From assembly GCA_004524535.1 (NCBI GenBank), contig SDNY01000004.1, positions 1 to 61,097 on the forward strand: DNA of 61,097 nt, given 5' to 3'. Numbering within the stretch: position 1 is the stretch's first letter; each line of letters begins with the position of its first letter. The notes under the pieces were generated by a model that worked only from the letters and a program-made list of their open reading frames with translations, made no database searches and was not told where the DNA came from. Of this stretch, positions 1-8,748 are shown piece by piece. A program made the translations under genes and the position numbers. Origin of the DNA: Promethearchaeota archaeon (lineage in GTDB: Archaea; Asgardarchaeota; Lokiarchaeia; Sigyniarchaeales; SOKP01).

Positions 1-96
1 CTTTTTGAACATATGGAAAATTCAATTATGAGCGAGTCGAGTTTAAAGAAAGACTGGCTAAGTTCAGAGGAAGATGAAGCATGGAAGGATTTATAA
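1..96 (+). CDS. antitoxin, C-terminal fragment (5' end lies outside the window); partner of the MazF-like ORF
   Basis: Frame 1 reads LFEHMENSIMSESSLKKDWLSSEEDEAWKDL, then TAA at 94-96. The acidic Trp-containing tail is typical of MazE/AbrB-class antitoxins. The end overlaps the ATG (81) of the downstream toxin ORF by 16 nt. Confidence 0.4.
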   Translation, partial: LFEHMENSIMSESSLKKDWLSSEEDEAWKDL

Positions 97-410
97 AAGG
101 CGATATTGTTGTAGTGCTATTTCTCTTTTCAGATCTTACTGGTAAAAGAAGGAGACCTGCTTTAGTTATTACAAACTTAAAAGGAGATGATTTAATCTTA
201 TGCCAAATAACAGCTACTCGTTCAGATCAATATTCAATTACTTTAACTGATACCGATTTTAAAAAAGGAAGTTAAAAAAGAGATAGTTTTATTCGCCCAA
301 ATCGAATCTTTACAGCAGATATTCATATTATAATACGTAAGATTGGGAATATTAAAAAAGAAAAAATAGGAGAAGTAATTGACAGAATAATTCAAATTAT
401 TAAATTATAA
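81..410 (+). pseudogene. MazF/PemK-like toxin interrupted by one in-frame TAA (273-275)
   Basis: The N-terminal part, KGDIVVVLFLFSDLTGKRRRPALVI...LILCQITA, is the MazF/PemK signature. The same frame continues after the TAA as KRDSFIRPNRIFTADIHIIIRKIGNIKKEKIGEVIDRIIQIIKL to TAA at 408-410, which is the usual MazF C-terminal half. Confidence 0.7.
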
Positions 411-448
411 GCCATATTTTAGTAGGAGCAAACTTATTTTCCTAAAAA

Positions 449-2581
449 TTATTTAAGAATAGCGATTATGGGTGATAAAGAGGATATTTCAATTTCAAAT
501 TCTAAAATTGTGGTATGTTCATTAAATTTAGATAGAGTGTCAATCTTTTGATTGGTTCCTGTAAAAATCTCTATTGTTTGAAATTTTAAGTTAAATTTTG
601 ATTTATCTAACTTAATAGCTACATTTTTATTGCGGCTGGATAGATTAAATACCGTAATTACTCCATTTCCAGAATCATCATCTACATGAAGGTGGACTGT
701 AGGGGTAATACCATAGAAGATACCTTTTGTTAGTATTCGTTTAATCTTTTTGTAAAGAGTTATTGCGTTCTGTAATGCTTTGTATTTTGGACTATTTTTA
801 TCTTTCAATCCCCCAATTCCTATATGTCTAACGACAGAAGAATACCACCAAAACTGTAGCATCTTTTCATTATCACTATTTTCATTTATATGCAAATAGA
901 GCGGGATGGAATATGCTAAATTATATTCATAAAGTTGGAACGCTTTATGAGAGATTAAATCTTGCATTGGATTCCACATGCATTCAAATCCCCAATTCTC
1001 ATCGAAACTATGTGGCAGGTTATGTTGGTAATAAATTTGATTACCTACACCCCTATCATGCGCTTCAATCAGAATATTTGGGTATTTTTTCTTAACATTT
1101 TGGATAACTCGAAAAATATTTTGTGCATGAGTTTGTTGATTCATTGGAACTTCATGTCCATGGTTTTTACTATAACATCCTGTAAGATTTTCTAAAGGAT
1201 TTCCTATGTCTGTAAAATCAAACATCAAAAAATCCACACCATCCTTCACTAATTCTAAGATTCTTCGGCTTTTTTCTTGAACCCATTTTTCATTTGTACA
1301 TACAGAATATAAATTTATGTAAGGATCTGACACAACTTTTACGCCCTTTTGATTTTTTAGATAAAAATCTTCGCGTTCATCTAACCCTTCAATATTCATC
1401 ATGAGATGTAATCCAAGCTTTAAATTGTATTTTTCATGAATTGTTTTAGAGAATTCTTTTAAAGAACCAAAGCGTTTTTCATTCCATATTTCTGAACCCA
1501 TAAAAGTGTTCCACCCAGGATCCAAATACAAGCATTCTGCTCCGATATCTTGTGCAATCTCTGCCTCATTATATAGATCTTCTAAAGTGTATAATTCAAA
1601 TTGGTTATCAGATATAAAAAATCCTACTTGTTCATTAATCCAGCCTAAGTTGTAGAGTTCATTCCAATTTATAGGGGGATTGTAGTTTTTCGGGAGAGTA
1701 TGACCTTCTTCATCAAGATGTCTCCGATATAAATAATATCCATTCTTATAATCTCCTTCATAGACACAGTATTTTGAAATACCAAATTGATATGATTCTC
1801 CTGGATCCAATGTAGTGGCCAATTCAGGATTATTTTTACACAATGAAGCTCCACCAAAAATTAGATATACGTCCTCACAGCCTCGCCCTGGTAAAACAGA
1901 TGCGAATCGTTTGAATCGAGAGAATTCCAGTTGAGTGAGGTTATATTTACAAATAAGCAGCCCCCCTTCAGAATTGCCCCACAACCATCCCTCCGAGCAA
2001 AATCCCGGCATATCATCATCTCTATAAACCCAAGCATTAAATAAAAGATCTTGGGCATTGAAATACTTCTTTTTTCGATCTTTACCATAATGAATAAATC
2101 TTCGTGTAGGAATAGCAGTTAATTTGTATTCATCTAAGTTATCGACCCATCCAGAATATTGTCTAAAAAAAGCTTTTTTGAAACCCAAATTTATTAATCC
2201 TAATTTAACTCTTTTCTTACCATTATTTTTTAAAGTTATATTTTCCCGCAGCCATTTACTATCTTTCCTTAATTCAAATTCGTGTTCAATTTTAATTTCT
2301 GTATCCCGAAATATTCCCTCGATTAATAACTTCTCTTTATTTATTAATTGTACTGTTCTTTCTGCTAAGTCCTTGGCTTTATATTCAAGACTCAAATGAT
2401 CCAAATAAACAAATCTCGATCCTCTCTTTTTTGACCTAATGATTCGATAATGATAATCTTGATCAGCATAAACAACATTATTTATTTTGCTATGCAATTT
2501 ATAGATAAAATTTTCATTGTTTTTGGTTTGAACGTCTAGCTCCCACCATTGATTTGCTAAGCTAAAATCACTATTATTCAT
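449..2581 (-). CDS. glycoside hydrolase, TIM-barrel alpha-galactosidase-like (clan GH-D, GH36/GH27-like)
   Basis: 710-aa ORF. ECLYLDPGWN...FGSLKEFSKTIHEKYNLKLGLHLMMN and DFLMFDFTD resemble the (D/L)DxGW ... KFP.G ... G.K.GLW and KxD motifs of melibiase-type enzymes. No signal peptide is seen. Confidence 0.5.
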   Translation of the reverse strand: MNNSDFSLANQWWELDVQTKNNENFIYKLHSKINNVVYADQDYHYRIIRSKKRGSRFVYLDHLSLEYKAKDLAERTVQLINKEKLLIEGIFRDTEIKIEHEFELRKDSKWLRENITLKNNGKKRVKLGLINLGFKKAFFRQYSGWVDNLDEYKLTAIPTRRFIHYGKDRKKKYFNAQDLLFNAWVYRDDDMPGFCSEGWLWGNSEGGLLICKYNLTQLEFSRFKRFASVLPGRGCEDVYLIFGGASLCKNNPELATTLDPGESYQFGISKYCVYEGDYKNGYYLYRRHLDEEGHTLPKNYNPPINWNELYNLGWINEQVGFFISDNQFELYTLEDLYNEAEIAQDIGAECLYLDPGWNTFMGSEIWNEKRFGSLKEFSKTIHEKYNLKLGLHLMMNIEGLDEREDFYLKNQKGVKVVSDPYINLYSVCTNEKWVQEKSRRILELVKDGVDFLMFDFTDIGNPLENLTGCYSKNHGHEVPMNQQTHAQNIFRVIQNVKKKYPNILIEAHDRGVGNQIYYQHNLPHSFDENWGFECMWNPMQDLISHKAFQLYEYNLAYSIPLYLHINENSDNEKMLQFWWYSSVVRHIGIGGLKDKNSPKYKALQNAITLYKKIKRILTKGIFYGITPTVHLHVDDDSGNGVITVFNLSSRNKNVAIKLDKSKFNLKFQTIEIFTGTNQKIDTLSKFNEHTTILEFEIEISSLSPIIAILK

Positions 2582-2912
2582 TTTTACCCCTTCAAATTAA
2601 TAGTCATCCCATATTTAGAGATATCTTTTCTATAAAAAATGTATATAAATTGAAAATTAATAGAATAATAATAATTATTTAATTCTATTCTAAAAAGAAA
2701 TTGTTTTTTTAATTATAGAAAAAAAATAAATGTAAATAAGTGCAAAATTAAAAATATCTAACTAAAAAATACCCTTTGGTAAATAGCTTTATTCTTCCTT
2801 ATGAAAAGTGAAAGTTGTTTTCACAATCGAAGAGCATAATCTCAGGAAAATTATTGTTTGGTTAGCTTAATAAAGATGGGAGCTACTAATAAGCGACTCC
2901 ATCAAGTTAAAC

Positions 2913-3482
2913 TTATCCTGCGCTTTTCTTTATACTTTTTAGAAATAAGTCAGCAGTCGCTCTAAATGCTTTTTCTACATTTTCCCCAGTTTTTGCTGAA
3001 GTTTCAAAATAAGGTATTTCCATGTTCTTATATCCTGGAAATTTCTTATACAGGGATTTTACAAATTTGGTAGCTTCCTTATCACTTATTGATCTTTCGA
3101 TTTCTAAATCAAGTTTATTTCCAATTATAACTGTGGGGATAGCAGATTCTTCTAAACTATTGTACATTTCGTTAAACCAGTTTTCTAGATTTGTTAAAGT
3201 GAGATACCGGGTTAAATCAAAGACAGCCATACAAATCATGGTTCCCATATAAAATTGAGTTCTTACAACATCGAATTGTTCTTGTCCAGCCAGATCCCAG
3301 AAGATGATTTTTAGTTTATCACCATTCTTGCCAAATTCAAATATTTCTGAGTAAAAATTAGCTCCAACAGTCATAAGATAAGAAGTTGAGAACGTTCCAT
3401 TGCTGAATTGCTCTATTAAGGAGCTCTTTCCCGTTCCGCCATCACCAATCAGAACAGCTTTAGCAAGGTAATTATATTCCAT
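2913..3482 (-). CDS. Rab/Ras-like small GTPase
   Basis: All G motifs are present: G1 GDGGTGKS, G3 WDLAGQE, G4 GNKLD, G5 ETSAK. The length of 189 aa is typical of the Ras superfamily. Confidence 0.85.
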   Translation of the reverse strand: MEYNYLAKAVLIGDGGTGKSSLIEQFSNGTFSTSYLMTVGANFYSEIFEFGKNGDKLKIIFWDLAGQEQFDVVRTQFYMGTMICMAVFDLTRYLTLTNLENWFNEMYNSLEESAIPTVIIGNKLDLEIERSISDKEATKFVKSLYKKFPGYKNMEIPYFETSAKTGENVEKAFRATADLFLKSIKKSAG

Positions 3483-3599
3483 AGAAACACTTATATTTGC
3501 AATACTTGCTTTAGAAAATTATTTTGTTTAATACTAAAAATAAAATATCAATATAACAATTTTTTATTAATAATTTATAAATTGATTTTAACTATGATA

Positions 3600-4505
3600 T
3601 TATTTAATTTTTTTCAATCTACTATATTTTAATCTATGTTTCTTATCTCTTTTTATAAATTTATCCACATCGAAAGGAATTCTTTCGCCAGTATCAACAA
3701 TTCTTCTTATATTAGTTTTCTTACTGTCCTCAACCATTTTTCGAGCAGATTGATATTTTTGCGCAGGACTACCAATATAAATATAATCGGGTTCTAAAAT
3801 TTGTCCGACGTGGGTTGTTGCCCATACTCCAAGAGTAGAACCTTTTCCTATTACAGTTCCAGGTGCGACAATGGCGTTTCCACCTATAACAGCATGATCT
3901 CCAATTATTACTTTTTTAATTAAAAGATGATCTCCGATAATCATACTAGAAAGTACTACAGCTCCTTGCCCCAATATTATACTCTCTCCATAATCAATAA
4001 ATTCTACATCGCTCCATCCATCAAACATTGTGCTTTTAAAGTCTGCCTTCATGTCGCATAATTTAAAAGCCAAGTTGGATGCCCAAGGAAATGCAAAATT
4101 ATTCCAAATCCAGAAAATAAATTTTTTAACAGAAATCCTAAGACAATAGAAAGAATAATCCTTATCATTTTTATCAATCTTAAAAAGACCCTCTCTGGGT
4201 TTATGAATCAATTTTAGAATTGATAAGAAAAGTTTACCAAAGAGTAAACTGCAGAGAATATAACAACCCCACCATGCCATTACATCTATAATTATGAATA
4301 GGATTCTCCACCAGTTTGAAAAACTCCCACTCATTGCAGTTTTGTAAAAAGTTAAAATTAAGACACTTGGTACCATGAACGATAATATATGTAATAAACA
4401 ATAAAGAACTATTGCCATTGGCGTCCAAGTAAAAGCGTTTGTAGTTATAGGATATTTTTTTATATCGAAATCTTCGATATTTTTCATTTTATCCTTATTT
4501 TGCAT
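3600..4505 (-). CDS. membrane protein with two N-terminal TM helices plus a left-handed beta-helix (hexapeptide-repeat) domain
   Basis: Two hydrophobic helices are followed by the IHKPREGLF junction motif. Hexapeptide repeats follow: GQGAVVLSSMIIGDHLLIKKVIIGDHAVIGGNAIVAPGTVIGKGSTLG. The ATG at 4505 overlaps the upstream gene's stop by 11 nt. Confidence 0.6.
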   Translation of the reverse strand: MQNKDKMKNIEDFDIKKYPITTNAFTWTPMAIVLYCLLHILSFMVPSVLILTFYKTAMSGSFSNWWRILFIIIDVMAWWGCYILCSLLFGKLFLSILKLIHKPREGLFKIDKNDKDYSFYCLRISVKKFIFWIWNNFAFPWASNLAFKLCDMKADFKSTMFDGWSDVEFIDYGESIILGQGAVVLSSMIIGDHLLIKKVIIGDHAVIGGNAIVAPGTVIGKGSTLGVWATTHVGQILEPDYIYIGSPAQKYQSARKMVEDSKKTNIRRIVDTGERIPFDVDKFIKRDKKHRLKYSRLKKIK

Positions 4506-6060
4506 TATATTCCTCCCCGGTTAATTTAACAATTTCTTCTTTTTTGAGTCTTCTAATTGGAAATCCTGAATATATCCCATTATCTCCAAGTTTATCGTAC
4601 TTTATAGTTGTCGCAGTTAGTAAAAAGGTTGCACAATTTCCCATTTCCAAGCCTGGCAAAGCCCCCGTCAATGGGTTAAAGACGCAATTATCTCCAATTT
4701 CAGCTCCAAAGAAACATAAATTTTCTTCTCCGTAAACGCCATCTACAAGGTGATTAGTAATATGAGCAAAGGTTCCTAAATAGCAATTTTTTCCAAAATT
4801 AATATGACTATGAATATAAGATTCTTCTATAACAGTACCCTTCCCTATTTTATTTGAACCAATAAACCTTAACTCCCACTTTACCAACCATGGAAAAGGA
4901 GAACGTATAAAAGAGAAAATTGGATATTTCATTAAAAAAGATCTAAAATGATAATAATCTAACATGGTGGAAGATTCAGTTAAATTTCTATCAAAAAGAC
5001 CTTGGGCAGGACCTCTTTTATCTGCAAATCTATAAATCCATCTTGTAAATAAAGCTACAAAAAATAGATGTAACAAATATATACCAATAAAAATTAGTGG
5101 AGTGATTAACAAAATAATTATTATTTTCAGATCCAAGAGTAATTTAAGAGAAAATGGAATTGTGAGAAGATTAGGAATCAAGAAACCAAAAAAAAAGAAG
5201 ATAAAAAGAAAACCGGGTATTAAATAAGATCCTCCCGCAATAAACCAACCTGCTGATATATATGCTTGATAGGGGACACTCAACGCTTTGTTTACTGCTT
5301 TTAAATCATTCATATCGAATTGTTCCTCAGATTCTTTTTTAAAGATTTGATTTTCAATAAGTTCTTTATTTTCTATTGGTTTATTTAGCATAATTTTTTT
5401 TGCCGGGCTTCCATTATATATAGAATTGCCTTCAAGATGTTGATTATTTATTGTCGTGGTAAGTGCTCCAAGTATAGTATTAGATTCAATAATAGTTCCA
5501 GGAGCAATACAAGAATGTGCGCCGATTATAACATTATCTTTTATAACTACTTTTTTTATAATTAGTTTATCGGCAATTAAAATATTAGACATTATTACGC
5601 TTCCTTGACCAATTTTAACATTTTTCCCGAATTCAATAAATTCACAATCAACCCATCCTTCATTTAAAGAATTAGATCTATTTGTTTTAACTCCAAAAAT
5701 CTTTAAGGCGATATTTTCGAGAATTGGCAAATTTAATTGGCGAGCTAACCAAATTGGCCATTTTTTGATAACAGCTCTCAAACTCCAATAACAATAATCT
5801 TTATCTTTCTTATCTCTATTGAAAACACCCTCTCTTGGTTTATGGATTGCGTTAATAAAAATTAAGAATATTTTTGCTGTTATAATTGAACTCATAATTA
5901 AAATAATAATTCCTATGAAGAAAATAAACGGAAAAAGAATGAAAAACATTAAATTGAATTCAGGAAAGAATTGCCAGAAATACCAAAACCATATTAGTGT
6001 TGGTTGAGCACTAATTGTTATTATTATAAAATAGAGGATAAGATATCGCTTTTTTGCCAA
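4495..6060 (-). CDS. membrane protein with two consecutive [2 TM + left-handed beta-helix] modules
   Basis: Module 1: TM pair, IHKPREGVF, then GQGSVIMSNILIADKLIIKKVVIKDNVIIGAHSCIAPGTII. Module 2: TM cluster, KRGPAQGLF, then GKGTVIEESYIHSHINFGKNCYLGTFAHI...GAEIGDNCVF. It is a paralog of the downstream gene. The start appears to be TTG. Confidence 0.6.
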   Translation of the reverse strand: MAKKRYLILYFIIITISAQPTLIWFWYFWQFFPEFNLMFFILFPFIFFIGIIILIMSSIITAKIFLIFINAIHKPREGVFNRDKKDKDYCYWSLRAVIKKWPIWLARQLNLPILENIALKIFGVKTNRSNSLNEGWVDCEFIEFGKNVKIGQGSVIMSNILIADKLIIKKVVIKDNVIIGAHSCIAPGTIIESNTILGALTTTINNQHLEGNSIYNGSPAKKIMLNKPIENKELIENQIFKKESEEQFDMNDLKAVNKALSVPYQAYISAGWFIAGGSYLIPGFLFIFFFFGFLIPNLLTIPFSLKLLLDLKIIIILLITPLIFIGIYLLHLFFVALFTRWIYRFADKRGPAQGLFDRNLTESSTMLDYYHFRSFLMKYPIFSFIRSPFPWLVKWELRFIGSNKIGKGTVIEESYIHSHINFGKNCYLGTFAHITNHLVDGVYGEENLCFFGAEIGDNCVFNPLTGALPGLEMGNCATFLLTATTIKYDKLGDNGIYSGFPIRRLKKEEIVKLTGEEYNAK

Positions 6061-6311
6061 TGTATTTGTGGTTCTTGGACCTTCTCTTACTGAAGATGGA
6101 ATTGAAATTTTGTATCACTATAATTTCTGATTTTTATGAGTCTAAATATTTAGGATAATAATCTTTGTGAATTAAATCTTTTTTTACATAAAAGAGCTAT
6201 TAATAAGAACTCTCAAAATTTTTAATAAATGAAGGTTTCAAAATTATTGTCTTATAAGCTAATAACATAATAATTAAAATCTTAAATTCAAATTAGTTGA
6301 GGATAAAAAAA

Positions 6312-7841
6312 ATGAGTGAAAGTTTCTTCTGGTGGAATGATGAGCAAAAGCGAGTTGCTGAAGAAGTAGCCCAATTTGTGGAGGAAAATATTGAAGAAGC
6401 AGAAACCTATTTCTGGAATAAAAAATTTCCGTGGCCTCTTGTAAAGAAAGTTGCCAAAACAGGTTATTTTGGAGCTGGAATCCCTAAAGAATATGGCGGC
6501 TTAGAATTAGGTGCAACGGGAGCTTGCATTGTTGCTGAGCAGTTGGGGCGATTATATGCTGTTGGGCACGTGTTTACCGTAAGTATGTTAGCTGGTTTAG
6601 AGCAAATCTTAAGATATGGAACGGAAGAACAGAAACAAAAGTGGTTACCAAAACTGGCACAAGGTAAAGAATTGGGAGCCGTTTGTATAACGGAACCCTT
6701 CGCAGGGAGTGATGCTGCGAATGTTATGACGACAGCTGTGAAAGATGGTGATGAATGGATTATAAATGGTAAAAAAAGATTCATCACTGGTGCAGGTGTC
6801 AGTGACAGATACTTCATATATGCGAAAACTAGTGATGATCTTGCTGATAGAAAAGAATATAGCCATATTTCTGCTTTTATTCTTGAGAAAGGCATGCCAG
6901 GATTTTCATTAGAAAAGATAAATCCTTTGATTGGTTTTGATAATGTACCTAATGGTTATTTAGATTTTGATCATGTAAGAGTTCCTGATGAGAATCGTTT
7001 TGGTGCAGTAGGAAAAGGCTGGAATGTAATGATGAGTGGTTTAAATTTCGAACGCTTAATTGCTGCCGCAGTTTTCAGTGGCATTTTAAAAGACTTAATT
7101 ACTCTCCTATTTCATTATTCTAAGAGAAGAGTACAGTTTAAACGAATTTTGAATCAATTCCCAGGAATTCAAAATAATATTGCAGATATTATCGCACGAT
7201 ATAGGATGGGAAGAGTCTTTTCTTATCATTGCGCTTATGAGATGGATCAGGGAAAGGAGCCGATGGTTGATGTGTCTATTGCAAAACTGATGATATGTGA
7301 ATGGATAAGGGAAGTTGGGACAATAGCAATCCAGACTATGGGGGGAGATGGATTAACAAAATTTTATCCCGCAGAACGCTTATTACGTGAGGGAAAAATT
7401 GCCGAAATTGTTGCTGGCACTACAGAGGTACAAAAGATGATCATTTATCGATTCGCTGCATTGCTTCCAACCTATAATAAAATGCTAAAGTATAGATGGA
7501 ACGAGGAGGTAAATGCTCCTGTTTTATCAAATAGAGATTCCCAATTTAAAGGACTGGAAATTAATGACGAGAACCTATTAAAAGTTATCGCACATGATTA
7601 TAAAGTAAACCCAGGAATCTATATGACTCCTGATGATGTAAGAGCAGATATCGGTGGAAGTCGTTCTAAGATTAGGAAAACCTTTGAATCCCTTGAACAA
7701 CAAGGATTAATTGTAACTCATCGAGATAGACAGGATAAAATAGTATTAGTGAAAGCAAACTATAAAGGATTACAGAAAGCGTTTCCAAAAGAACATTACA
7801 GATGGTTTCCTGAATGGTATTCCGATGCAGACAAGTTTTAA
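6312..7841 (+). CDS. acyl-CoA dehydrogenase with a C-terminal winged-helix-like extension
   Basis: ACAD motifs are present: CITEPFAGSDA and QTMGGDGLTKFYPAERLLREGKIAEIVAGTTEVQ. About 120 extra C-terminal aa read DIGGSRSKIRKTFESLEQQGLIVTHRDRQDKIVLVKANYKG, which is MarR-like wHTH. The ATG at 6312 is preferred over the TTG at 6297. Confidence 0.8.
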   Translation: MSESFFWWNDEQKRVAEEVAQFVEENIEEAETYFWNKKFPWPLVKKVAKTGYFGAGIPKEYGGLELGATGACIVAEQLGRLYAVGHVFTVSMLAGLEQILRYGTEEQKQKWLPKLAQGKELGAVCITEPFAGSDAANVMTTAVKDGDEWIINGKKRFITGAGVSDRYFIYAKTSDDLADRKEYSHISAFILEKGMPGFSLEKINPLIGFDNVPNGYLDFDHVRVPDENRFGAVGKGWNVMMSGLNFERLIAAAVFSGILKDLITLLFHYSKRRVQFKRILNQFPGIQNNIADIIARYRMGRVFSYHCAYEMDQGKEPMVDVSIAKLMICEWIREVGTIAIQTMGGDGLTKFYPAERLLREGKIAEIVAGTTEVQKMIIYRFAALLPTYNKMLKYRWNEEVNAPVLSNRDSQFKGLEINDENLLKVIAHDYKVNPGIYMTPDDVRADIGGSRSKIRKTFESLEQQGLIVTHRDRQDKIVLVKANYKGLQKAFPKEHYRWFPEWYSDADKF

Positions 7842-7881
7842 TCTAATTTCTTTTTCTTTTTTCTATTGTATTATTAGCAAA

Positions 7882-8568
7882 TCAATCATCAATGTCCCCT
7901 ATGAGATCCAAAGCAATCATTATTTCGGTATTAATTAAAAAGATATGGACCACTAAGATGACTGTAAGAAGTAGCATAATTCGATGGATTAGAATAAATC
8001 GTTTATATCTAAATTTCTTTAAATTTTTAATATCTCTTAAATAAAATGACAAAATCGAGACAAAAATCATTGCTATTGCAAAGACAATTCCTGTCCAAAT
8101 TTTAAGACGATATAGTATAATAGGGAAATGATTGATGTCTTTTGTTAAGATGACACTTCTCCAAGGTTCTGAGATGAAAAGAAACAATACATGAAATCCC
8201 AGCATTATATTCGTTATTAATGCCCCAATACAATGAAAATCATTGGCCTTTCTCTTACTATGGAATAGTTTGGCATGCTTATTTGTTGTAAATCCTTGAT
8301 AAGAGGAAATAATAAACCAAATAAGAGTTGTAAAGCCTAATGATCTACCTAAAATCCAGAGAAGTCCATTATTTCTTCTGGCGCGCGATATATGATGATG
8401 GCATCCGTTGATTTGATGATTTAAAATAATCAAAATTAACGGAATAATTATTGAAAATAATAGAATAAGAAAATCTAAAGATATAAAGGTTTTGTACCAA
8501 TTTTTCTTTTCTTTAGGATTTGATTTATTGTTTTCCATTGAGATCCAATTTGATTTGTAATTTTCCAT
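7882..8568 (-). CDS. polytopic membrane protein, ferric-reductase/MsrQ-like di-heme domain (tentative)
   Basis: About 6 TM helices. Two His pairs, each with the histidines 12 or 13 residues apart inside TM helices (DFHCIGALITNIMLGFHV; LIHRIMLLLTVILVVHI), match bis-heme b-type membrane domains. Confidence 0.4.
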   Translation of the reverse strand: MENYKSNWISMENNKSNPKEKKNWYKTFISLDFLILLFSIIIPLILIILNHQINGCHHHISRARRNNGLLWILGRSLGFTTLIWFIISSYQGFTTNKHAKLFHSKRKANDFHCIGALITNIMLGFHVLFLFISEPWRSVILTKDINHFPIILYRLKIWTGIVFAIAMIFVSILSFYLRDIKNLKKFRYKRFILIHRIMLLLTVILVVHIFLINTEIMIALDLIGDIDD

Positions 8569-8748
8569 TGTACTTTAGTAAACTTGTTTTTATTTACATA
8601 TACAAATTCTTTGAATAAAAAATTTAAATTTATAAATTATTTAATTTGAGTCATATCATTTAAAACTTCTTCAATATTCAAAATAATTTTTTTATAATTT
8701 TAGATAATAATATGAATTTTTTTAAGTCATAATAGTAATACATTCTAC

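Noticed and set aside
913-2399. Several 60-91-aa ORFs inside or antisense to the glycoside hydrolase gene (913-1095, 962-1195, 1669-1857, 1861-2088, 2124-2399).
   Set aside because: They lie wholly within a 710-aa ORF that has recognisable enzyme motifs. Their sequences are low-complexity and Leu/Ile/Phe/Ser-rich, as expected for shadow frames in AT-rich DNA.
6464-6895. 143-aa and 73-aa antisense ORFs inside the acyl-CoA dehydrogenase gene. The same class occurs at 25516-25905, 30264-30608, 44857-45189, 45470-45823, 48087-48395, 10572-11492, 20347-20706 and 50195-51049.
   Set aside because: All overlap well-supported genes on the opposite strand and carry no motifs. I treat them as shadow ORFs.
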